NCBI RefSeq assembly: GCF_036588685.1
Contig: NC_086383.1
Location: forward strand, 12,400,001 to 12,464,000
From: Mytilus trossulus
Taxonomy: Eukaryota
Length of the DNA: 64,000 bases
Direction of reading: 5' to 3'
Every line of letters starts with the position of its first letter. Position 1 is the first letter of the stretch. Positions 1-12,300 of this stretch are shown here, one piece after another. The notes beneath the pieces are model-generated. The model saw nothing but the letters and a program-made list of their open reading frames with translations, ran no database searches and was not told where the DNA came from. A program made the position numbers and the translations under genes.

Positions 1-263
1 TCATTGAATCATTTTAAAAGTGTTGTAAATGTAACTTATATCAATATATATCAATATTTACGAACCGGAAGTAACTCCTTCCGACGATTGTAATATGCAG
101 AAAAGAATGAGGCTATTATATTTTAAATAGGAGTCTTAAATTTATTTTAATGAAAAAAAAATTCATTGGGTAAAGTAGCCATACTCTTTTATTTATTTCA
201 AGGATATCATTCTGTCAAAACTCCTTGTAAAAGTAGTACAGTTTTAGCCAAAAAGTAACCCAC

Positions 264-371
264 CTTCACATTGTTTTCCACTATATCCAGTTGGACAGGT
301 ACAAACAAAACTACTTCCGGTAGGAGTACATTCACCCCCATTCGAACAAGGCGAACTGTTGCATGGTGTGA
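264..371 (-). CDS. EGF exon (last visible in window)
   Basis: 108 nt, ag/gt boundaries, 6 Cys. Confidence 0.8.
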
Positions 372-3300
372 CTATCAAAAAAGAAGACAATTGTTTGAGT
401 ACAATCATTGCATCAATATCCTACAGTATATTGACATAAGAATTGGTACAACCTCGACCTCAATATTCAAATGGGTGATTTAAGCCAGCTTCTTAATATT
501 TTTCATGATCATCAGAAAATCCGTATCGACATTTTTCCAAGTTTGCAGTAATAAAATTTGACGCGTGAATGTAAGAAGTAAGTTTTCATATCCTTATCTA
601 TTTTCCCGTTTTTTTTCATGTTTGATTGAATCATTTTTAAAAGTGTTGTAAATGTAACTTATATTAATATATTAATTTGTACGTGACGGAAGTAACATCT
701 TCCGACGATTGTATTATGCAGACAGGAATGAGACTATTTTATTTTAAATAGCGGTCATATACTTATTTTAACGAAAACAACATTCATTGGGAAAGTAGTC
801 ACACTCTTTTATTTTATTTCTAGGATATCATTCTGTCAAAACTCCTTGTAAAAGTAGAACAGTTTTAGCCGACAAGTAACCCACCTTCACATTGTTTTCC
901 ACTATATCCAGTTGGACAGGTACAAGCAAAACTACTTCCGGTAGGAGTACATTCACCCCCATTCGAACAAGGCGAACTGCTGCATGGTGTGACTATGAAA
1001 AAAGAAAACAATTGTTTCAGTACAAACATGGTATCAATATCCTACTATATATATTGACATAAAAAATGTTACCACCTAGACTTCAATATTGAATTGGTTG
1101 TTTTGAACGAGCTTCCTAAATTAATTTCGTGATCACGTCATAACCTGGAGAAAATCAATACTGACATTAACAAATTTGCAGTAAAAAAACTCATGAATGT
1201 AAGAAGTAAATTTTAATAACCAAATCTATGTCACGCAGTTTCACGTTTGAAATATTTTAATTGTTTTCTTTATTTTAATATCTCAATATTTACATATCTG
1301 CAGTAACTCCTTTCGACAATTCTTATATGAAGACGCAAATAAGACGATTCTGTTGTCATATACCTATTTTTAATGAAATCAAAATTCATTGTTTAAAGTA
1401 GTCATAATGATTCATTTATTTAGAAAAAAGTGTATTTTTGTTCCATCTTTAATTTAAAAACCCGAAAGTCAACCTATATTTTAATTAATCTCACTTTGAC
1501 ATTGTTTTCCACTATATCCATTTGGACAGGAACAAACAAAACTACTACCAGTGGGCTTGCATATTCCCCCATTTACACAAGGCGAGCTGTGGCATGGTGT
1601 AACTAGAAAAAAATAAAATATTATTATTGAAATGCAAATATTTAATCAAATCCTAGGATATATGAGAATCATTGTCTCGGTTCCTTGACTGCTTAACACA
1701 GTCTAGATAGAACTACCTGTTTACAAAATGATTGTAGTAATCGCGCGGCAATTACAAACCGTGCGCAAAAGTACAGAACATATGATAGCATTAGTGTTTT
1801 CGTTGAGTACCATATGAATATCCGATTTGACAAATGTTTTCGTCGTTATAATGCTTTTTTCTCTTGGGGTTGCAATAACCGTTATCGGACACAATAGCTT
1901 TGTTTTTGTCATTTTTGTTGCAATATTACAAATATAAATAGATGTGTACTTTGTAAGTACAGCTGTGTCACAAACCATGTCTCTTTTAGTGAGATGTATA
2001 ATATTCATGAATAGTTTGTTTTCATAACGTCCTAGTTCCCTTATAGGATCTCTATGTATCTTCCCGTAAAGACAAAACTTGAAAATGTTACCATTATACA
2101 TTAACATAAGTAGCGGCCGCCTTAAATTCTGAGGTAAACTCAAAGTTAAGGAAGGATAGCACAGAATATCAGTATATTTTTCAAACTTTTAAAAGTGTAC
2201 AGTTTCTGTTTGTCTTTTTTCATTTTTAGCCTTGGCATTGTCAGTTTGTTTTAGATTTATGAGTTTGATTGTCCCTTTGGTATCTTTCATCCCTCTTTTA
2301 AGTTGTAAAAATAGTTCCTTTGGCTAATTGCATTATCTATATCAAAAGAAATGCATCATATATAGTAACCCACCTTCACATTGTTTTCCACTATATCCAG
2401 TTGGACAGGTACAAGCAAAACTACTTCCGGTAGGAGTACATTCACCCCCATTCGAACAAGGCGAACTGCTGCATGGTGTGACTATGAAAAAAGAAAACAA
2501 TTGTTTCAGTACAAACATGGTATCAATATCCTACTATATATATTGACATAAAAAATGTTACCACCTAGACTTCAATATTGAATTGGTTGTTTTGAACGAG
2601 CTTCCTAAATTAATTTCGTGATCACGTCATAACCTGGAGAAAATCAATACTGACATTAACAAATTTGCAGTAAAAAAACTCATGAATGTAAGAAGTAAAT
2701 TTTAATAACCAAATCTATTTCACGCAGTTTCACGTTTGAAATATTTTAATTTTTTTCTATATTTTAATTTCTCAATATTTACATATCTGCAGTAACTCCT
2801 TTCGACAATTCTTATATGAAGACGCAAATAAGACGATTCTGTTGTCATATACCTATTTTTAATGAAATCAAAATTCATTGGTTAAAGTAGTCATAATGAT
2901 TCATTTATTTAGAAAAAAGTGTATTTTTGTTCCATCTTTAATTTAAAAACCCGAAAGTCAACCTATATTTTAATTAATCTCACTTTGACATTGTTTTCCA
3001 CTATATCCATTTGGACAGGAACAAACAAAACTACTACCAGTGGGCTTGCATATTCCCCCATTTACACAAGGCGAGCTGTGGCATGGTGTAACTAGAAAAA
3101 AATAAAATATTATTATTGAAATGCAAATATTTAATCAAATCCTAGGATATATGAGAATCATTGTCTCGGTTCCTTGACTGCTTAACACAGTCTAGATAGA
3201 ACTACCTGTTTACAAAATGATTGTAGTAATCGCGCGGCAATTACAAACCGTGCGCAAAAGTACAGAACATATGATAGCATTAGTGTTTTCGTTGAGTACC

Positions 3301-6300
3301 ATATGAATATCCGATTTGACAAATGTTTTCGTCGTTATAATGCTTTTTTCTCTTGGGGTTGCAATAACCGTTATCAGACACAATAGCTTTGTTTTTGTCA
3401 TTTTTGTTGCAATATTACAAATATAAATAGATGTGTACTTTGTAAGTACAGCTGTGTCACAAACCATGTCTCTTTTAGTGAGATGTATAATATTCATGAA
3501 TAGTTTGTTTTCATAACGTCCTAGTTCCCTTATAGGATCTCTATGTATCTTCCCGTAAAGACAAAACTTGAAAATGTTACCATTATACATTAACATAAGT
3601 AGCGGCCGCCTTAAATTCTGAGGTAAACTCAAAGTTAAGGAAGGATAGCACAGAATATCAGTATATTTTTCAAACTTTTAAAAGTGTACAGTTTCTGTTT
3701 GTCTTTTTTCATTTTTAGCCTTGGCATTGTCAGTTTGTTTTAGATTTATGAGTTTGATTGTCCCTTTGGTATCTTTCATCCCTCTTTTAAGCTGTAAAAA
3801 TAGTTCCTTTGGCTAATTGCATTATCTATATCAAAAGAAATGCATCATATATAGTAACCCACCTTCACATTGTTTTCCACTATATCCAGTTGGACAGGTA
3901 CAAGCAAAACTACTTCCGGTAGGAGTACATTCACCCCCATTCGAACAAGGAGAACTGCTGCATGGTGTGACTATGAAAAAAGAAAACAATTGTTTCAGTA
4001 CAAACATGGTATCAATATCCTACTATATATATTGACATAAAAAATGTTACCACCTAGACTTCAATATTGAATTGGTTGTTTTGAACGAGCTTCCTAAATT
4101 AATTTCGTGATCACGTCATAACCTGGAGAAAATCAATACTGACATTAACAAATTTGCAGTAAAAAAAACTCATGAATGTAAGAAGTAAGTTTTAATATCC
4201 AAATCTATTTCACGCAGTTTCACGTTTGAAATATTTTAATTGTTTTCTTTATTTTAATATCTCAATATTTACATATCTGCAGTAACTCCTTTCGACAATT
4301 CTTATATGAAGACGCAAATAAGACGATTCTGTTGTCATATACCTATTTTTAATGAAATCAAAATTCATTGTTTAAAGTAGTCATAATGATTCATTTATTT
4401 AGAAAAAAGTGTATTTTTGTTCCATCTTTAATTTAAAAACCCGAAAGTCAACCTATATTTTAATTAATCTCACTTTGACATTGTTTTCCACTATATCCAT
4501 TTGGACAGGAACAAACAAAACTACTACCAGTGGGCTTGCATATTCCCCCATTTACACAAGGCGAGCTGTGGCATGGTGTAACTAGAAAAAAATAAAATAT
4601 TATTATTGAAATGCAAATATTTAATCAAATCCTAGGATATATGAGAATCATTGTCTCGGTTCCTTGACTGCTTAACACAGTCCAGATAGAACTACCTGTT
4701 TACAAAATGATTGTAGTAATCGCGCGGCAATTACAAACCGTGCGCAAAAGTACAGAACATATGATAGCATTAGTGTTTTCGTTGAGTACCATATGAATAT
4801 CCGATTTGACAAATGTTTTCGTCGTTATAATGCTTTTTTCTCTTGGGGTTGCAATAACCGTTATCGGACACAATAGCTTTGTTTTTGTCATTTTTGTTGC
4901 AATATTACAAATATAAATAGATGTGTACTTTGTAAGTACAGCTGTGTCACAAACCATGTCTCTTTTAGTGAGATGTATAATATTCATGAATAGTTTGTTT
5001 TCATAACGTCCTAGTTCCCTTATAGGATCTCTATGTATCTTCCCGTAAAGACAAAACTTGAAAATGTTACCATTATACATTAACATAAGTAGCGGCCGCC
5101 TTAAATTCTGAGGTAAACTCAAAGTTAAGGAAGGATAGCACAGAATATCAGTATATTTTTCAAACTTTTAAAAGTGTACAGTTTCTGTTTGTCTTTTTTC
5201 ATTTTTAGCCTTGGCATTGTCAGTTTGTTTTAGATTTATGAGTTTGATTGTCCCTTTGGTATCTTTCATCCCTCTTTTAAGCTGTAAAAATAGTTCCTTT
5301 GGCTAATTGCATTATCTATATCAAAAGAAATGCATCATATATAGTAACCCACCTTCACATTGTTTTCCACTATATCCAGTTGGACAGGTACAAGCAAAAC
5401 TACTTCCGGTAGGAGTACATTCACCCCCATTCGAACAAGGCGAACTGCTGCATGGTGTGACTATGAAAAAAGAAAACAATTGTTTCAGTACAAACATGGT
5501 ATCAATATCCTACTATATATATTGACATAAAAAATGTTACCACCTAGACTTCAATATTGAATTGGTTGTTTTGAACGAGCTTCCTAAATTAATTTCGTGA
5601 TCACGTCATAACCTGGAGAAAATCAATACTGACATTAGCAAATTTGCAGTAAAAAAACTCATGAATGTAAGAAGTAAATTTTAATAACCAAATCTATTTC
5701 ACGCAGTTTCACGTTTGAAATATTTTAATTGTTTTCTTTATTTTAATATCTCAATATTTACATATCTGCAGTAACTCCTTTCGACAATTCTTATATGAAG
5801 ACGCAAATAAGACGATTCTGTTGTCATATACCTATTTTTAATGAAATCAAAATTCATTGTTTAAAGTAGTCATAATGATTCATTTATTTAGAAAAAAGTG
5901 TATTTTTGTTCCATCTTTAATTTAAAAACCCGAAAGTCAACCTATATTTTAATTAATCTCACTTTGACATTGTTTTCCACTATATCCATTTGGACAGGAA
6001 CAAACAAAACTACTACCAGTGGGCTTGCATGTTCCCCCATTTACACAAGGCGAGCTGTGGCATGGTGTAACTAGAAAAAAATAAAATATTATTATTGAAA
6101 TGCAAATATTTAATCAAATCCTAGGATATATGAGAATCATTGTCTCGGTTCCTTGACTGCTTAACAGTCTAGATAGAACTACTTGTTTGCAAAATGATTG
6201 TAGTAATCGCGCGGCAATTACAAACCGTGCGCAAAAGTACAGAATATATGATAGCATTAGTGTTTTCGTTGAGTACCATATGAATATCCGATTTGACAAA

Positions 6301-9300
6301 TGTTTTCGTCATTATAATGCATTTTTCTCTTGGGGTTGCAATAACCGCTATCGGACACAATAGCTTTGTTTTTGTCATTTTTGTTGCAATATTACAAATA
6401 TAAATAGATGTGTACTTTGTAAATACAGCTGTGTCACAAACCATGTCTCTTTTAGTGAGATATATAATATTCATGGATAGTTTGTTTTCATAACGTCCTG
6501 GTTCCCTTATAGGACCTCTATGTATCTTCCCGTAAAGACAAAACTTGGAAATGTTACTACTATACATTAACATAATTAGTGGCCGCCTTAAATTCTGAGG
6601 TAAACTCAAAGTTAAGGAAGGATAGCACAGAATATCAGTATATTTTTCAAACTTTTAAAATAGTACAGTTTCTGTTTGTCTTTTTTCATTTTTAGCCTTG
6701 GCATTGTCAGTTTGTTTTATATTTATGAGTTTGACTGTCCCTTTGGTATCTTTCATCCCTCTTTTAAGCTGTAAAAATAGTTCCTTTGGCTAATTGCATT
6801 ATCTATATCAAAAGAAATGCATCATATAAAGTAACCCACCGTGACATTGATTTCCACTGTATCCAGTTGGACAAGTACAGGCAAATCTACTTCCGGTAGG
6901 AGTACATTCACCCCCATTCGAACAAGGCGAACTGTTGCATGGTGTGACTATGAAAATAAAACACAATTGTTTGAGTACAATCATTGAATCAATATCCTTC
7001 AATGTTTTGACATAGGAATTGTTGGAACATTCACTTCAATATTCAATTGGTTGCTTTGAACGAGTTTCCTACATTATTGTTTGTGATGACATAACCTAGA
7101 GAAAATCAAAACCGGCATAACCAAGTTTGCAGTTACAAAAAAAACCCGCAGGAATGTAAGAAGTAAATTTTGATATCCTTATCTATTTCACGTTCTTTTC
7201 ACGTTTAATTGAAAAAGTAATAAATCTTATTCAAATAAATTCGGATCTTCCCTCATCTGATAACCAGCATGGTTACGGTATTACTCCTAAAAGTATTACG
7301 AGGAGTGTGAGGTGACACGTCCAGGTATTCAAGCGATTTCCTGTCAGGCTTGCAAGTTCATTCATCGTGTCACTTCTGTAGCTATTAATCAGTTTACACA
7401 GCCGATAACTTATAACTTTCCATTTTGAACTAGCAGATGCATGTATAATATGCATCCGTCTTGCGTGTCCGAAAGTGATATAATACATGAGTCATTATTT
7501 ACTTAACTCATACGCTTGTTTAAAAATAAAATTTTTGGTGTAAAGAATATATTATCTATAAAAATATAGATAATAATACCCCCCCCCCCCCAAAAAAAAA
7601 AAGATTTGAAGAAATGAAAATCTATTTACATATTTTTACCAAGGGTTAATTTCTCGTTGTCAATAGTAAAGTACAGATTGAAACATACCAGAAATATTGA
7701 TTTAAAAAAAATCTACGCACTTGTCGACGATTCGTTATACGCCTGGGTAGAAAGTTACGGAAGAACTATAGCGCAATTTAAAATATATACATGTATACAT
7801 AAGAAAGAAACATGCATTTTGTGAAAATTGGGGTAAAAGTTTTGGTAATAGACTAGTCCACGTATGTCAACAATATGTAATCAACGAATTCGATAGACTT
7901 TTGTATACCAAAAGAAGAAGAAGAAGAAGAAGAAGAAGAAAAGAAACAATTTGATTTAAATGCAGGTCGATATACAACTTGCTTTGGTTCATCGAAGTTA
8001 TGAACATAGTAAAATCACAGATTTATATATCACTTCGATTGTTCTCGAATAAAGGAAGAAATTCGTCATCATCACAATTGTTCCGACATTCATGTAATAA
8101 ATATGCAACTGGACGTACACTAATAATCCCCGAGGGATGTTAATATTTTCCAGGGAAACTATTGAGAATTTTTAAAAGTTTTAAATTAATTTCGGGATTT
8201 ATTTTCTTTCTTGATATTCAATGACAGAAATTCAAAGAATAAACGGCTTGTCCGCTTTAGGGGTATTCTTGCCAGATAAACAGACTTATGATATAATTAA
8301 AAAATAGGAAAAGATGACATTAAATTCGTTGTCTTTTGTTTTTAAACATCTCTGGTCAAATATTTACTTATGTAGTATACATTGTGAGACGAAGATAGTT
8401 TTAATCAGGATGTTCTTGATTATGAATAAATTTGGTTGAAGTTTTTCATATTTGAAAAGAATGTCTTTTCGTAATTTTCGATTCCATTCCAAGAAGATCC
8501 TTACATTACCTGTTAATTCTTTAAAACCTCTTAAGTACAAAAGTATTTTTCTTTATTCGTACATATTATATTTCGCTTCAGTATGGCTTTCAAAAGTCTA
8601 AATGTAAGTGTTCTCGTACATTGTTTTACCTAATAAAGACAATCAAAATGCTTTTGTAAATGTATTTCTAATTTCTAAATTCCCCTTTTTTATGAAACAT
8701 AAATCAAAACCAAGAGGTGTATATCATTTCATTGTGACACATGAAATAAGTTTCCCGTTTTTAAACGAAAATTGTGTATTTCTAAGTAAATTAACTTTTT
8801 TGAATTCAGAATAAATAATAGCACCCAATATAATTAAATAATTCCACGGCGATTTATTTCTATTTTTTTACCAGCTTGAAGATGTATTTTAAATATGTGT
8901 ATTAAATGCTTCCTTAATTTTTTTTTAGTCCACTTATCCAAATAGACAGTCAAACCTTGCAAGGTGTGCCCTGGAGGCGTGGTTAAATACCGAAGTGCAA
9001 ATAACAATTTACCTTTTAACAAGCCATCTACGAATATTGGCACAGAAACATGAATTCACACATCGTATAAATCTAGTCATAGCAGAGATAGTAAAATGTC
9101 AATAAGAGTACACCAACATATTGTCTTTACAATTGTACTTTAATTTGCTCACCTAATCAGTCCGAAAATGCATTAATTAAATTTGAATTTATAAGTTTTT
9201 GTGTTGTCTACAACAATAACTCGAATATATACGTTTAACTTAGAAAATTTATCTCATAAATGTGTACAATTGCACGTCTGTGCGTTTTATCTTCTTATTA

Positions 9301-12300
9301 TAGGATGGTTATTAGATCAAAAATGATAAAGCATAAGTCATCGGCGAGCTTACGATAATGTTAAAATATGATTAAAAACCAAGACTTTTAATGATTGTAT
9401 TTTAAATCCAAGCATGCAAAAAACAGGAGAAAACGTCGCGACTTACAGGAAGTAGTTAATAGTTTTTCATTTATTATCGAATTTCTCCTTTATTACTGCA
9501 CATATAGCGATAAAACTTTGAGAAAATATATATATTATGTCATTATGAACGTATTCAAACCATAAGTAAAAATCGTGAATTTTCCCTTTAAAAGTGTTGT
9601 AAATTAAACTTACTAAAGTATATTAATATCTCAATATATCTCAAGTAATTTCTTCCGAAGACAAGAATGAGACTATAATATTTTAGATAGCAGTCGTATA
9701 CTTATTCAATGAAAACAAAATTCATTTGGTCAAACTATTTTATTTATTTCTAGGATATCATTCTGTCAAAACTCCTAGTAAAGTGGTACAGTTTTAGCCG
9801 ACAAAGTAACCCACCTTCACATTGTTTTCCACTATATCCAGTTGGACAGGTACAAGCAAAACTACTTCCGGTAGGAGTACATTCACCCCCATTCGAACAT
9901 GGCGAACTGTTGCATGGTGTGACTACGAAAATAAAAGACAAATGTTTGAGTACAATCATTGCCTCATTATCCTACAGTATATTGACATAGGAATAATTAC
10001 AACCGTGACCTCAAGATTCAATTAATTGATTTAAGCCAGCTTCTTAATATTTTTCATTATCATGAAAAAATCAATACCGACATGACCAAGTTTGCAATAA
10101 CAAAAAAAACACGTGAATGTAAGAAGTAAATTTTAATGTCCCTATCTATTTTCACGTTCTTTTTATGTTTGAATGAATTATTTTAAAAATTTTGTAAATG
10201 AAATTGATATGAATATATCAATATTTACATAACGGAAGAAACTCCTTCCGACGATTGCTGTATGCAGACAAGAATGATACTATGATACTTCAGATAGCAG
10301 TCTTATACTTATTCAATGAAAACAAAATTCATTTGGTCAAACTATTTTATTTATTTCTAGGATATCATTCTGTCAAAACTCCTAGTAAAAGTGGTACAGT
10401 TTTAGCCGACAAAGTAACCCACCTTCACATTGTTTTCCACTATATCCAGTTGGACAGGTACAAGCAAAACTACTTCCGGTAGGAGTACATTCACCCTCAT
10501 TCGAACATGGCGAACTGTTGCATGGTGTGACTACGAAAATAAAAGACAAATGTTTGAGTACAATCATTGCCTCATTATCCTACAGTATATTGACATAAGA
10601 ATAATTACAACCGTGACCTCAAGATTCAATTAATTGATTTAAGCCAGCTTCTTAATATTTTTCATGATCATGAAAAAATCAATACCGACATGACCAAGTT
10701 TGCAATAACAAAAAAAAAAACACGTGAATGTAAGAAGTAAATTTTAATGTCCCTATCTATTTTCAAGTTCTTTTTATGTTTGAATGAATTATTTTAAAAA
10801 TGTTGTAAATGAAATTGATATGAATATATCAATATTTACATACAGGAAGAAACTCCTTCCGACGATTGTTGTATGCAGACAAGAATGATACTATGATATT
10901 TCAGATAGCAGTCTTATACTTTTTTAATGAAAACAAAATTCATTCGGTCAAACTATTTCATTGATTTCTAGGATATCATTCTGTCAAAACTCCTAGTAAA
11001 AGTGGTACAGTTTTAGCCGAAAAAGAAGTTCCTATTGGTAATTGCATTGTCTGTACTAAATAAATGCAGGCTATAAAGTAACCCACTTTGGCATTGTTTT
11101 CCACTGTATCCAGAAGGACAGGTACAAACAAAACTACTACCAGCTGGTGTACATTCTCCCCAATTCGAACAAGGCGAACTGTTGCAAGGTGTGACTATGA
11201 AAATAAAAGACAATTGTTTGAGTATAATCATTGTATCAATTCATTGACATAAGAATTGTTACAACCGTCAATATTGACTTCAATATTAAAATGGGTGATT
11301 TGAACCAGCTTCCTACATTATTATTCGTGATTACGACACAACCGGGAGAAATTCAGTACCGACATAACCAAGTTTGCAGTAACAAAAAAAAAAACGATGT
11401 GAATGTAAGAAGTATATTTGAATATCTCTATATATTTTCACGTTCTTTTCGTGTTTGATTGAGTTATTTTAAAGGTCTTTCAGTATTAATATCTCAATAT
11501 TTACGTATCGGCAGTTACTCCTTTCGACGATTCTTATATGAAGACGCGAATATGACGATTCTATTTTAAATAGCTGTCTTTTACCTATTATTAATGAAAA
11601 CAAAATTCATTGGTTAAAGTAGTCATGATAGTTACATGAATTAATTTCTTTAGAAAAAGGGTATTTACGTTCAATCTTTAATCTAAAAACCCGAAAGTTA
11701 ACCTATATATTAATCAATCACACTTTCACATTGTTTTCCACTATATCCATTTGGACAGGAACAAACAAAACTACTACCAGTCGGCGTGCAGGCTCCCCAT
11801 TTACACAAAGCGAGCTGTGTCATGGTGTTCCAAGAAGAAGTAAAATTTATAATTGGCGTGCAAATATTAAATCAAATCCTAGGATATATGGGAATATTGT
11901 CTCGGTTCCATGACTGATTACCACAGTCTAGATAGAACTACTTGTTTTAGAAATAATTGCAGTAATCGCGCGGCAATTACAAACCCTGCTTAAAAGTACA
12001 TAATCTATGGTAGCATTAGTGTTTCCGTTGAGTATAATATGTACTTCAGATTTGACAAATATTTTCGTCTTTATAATGCATTTTTCTCTTGGCGTGGCAA
12101 GTACCGCTATCGGACACAATAGATATGTTTTTGTCATTTTTATTGCAATAATACAAATGTAAATAGATGTACACTTTGTAAATACAGCAGTTTCACAAAC
12201 CATTCCTCTTTTAGAGAGATAAATAATATTCATGAATAGTTTGTTTTCATAACGTCCTGGATCCCACTTATGATATGCATGTATCTTCCCATAAAGACAA

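Noticed and set aside
1721-2143. 140-aa minus-strand ORF repeated at 3210, 4700, 6169 and still open in the diverged copy at 11928
   Set aside because: Intronic, TTG start in the track, no recognisable domain, and the near-identical copies are not independent evidence. Roughly a quarter of residues differ from the 11928 copy, which looks near neutral by eye. A dN/dS well below 1 would reopen the case.
2328-2546. Plus-strand short ORFs over EGF exons (also 271, 3817, 5307, 9822, 10430, 13214, 38431)
   Set aside because: Antisense shadows of the minus-strand EGF exons.
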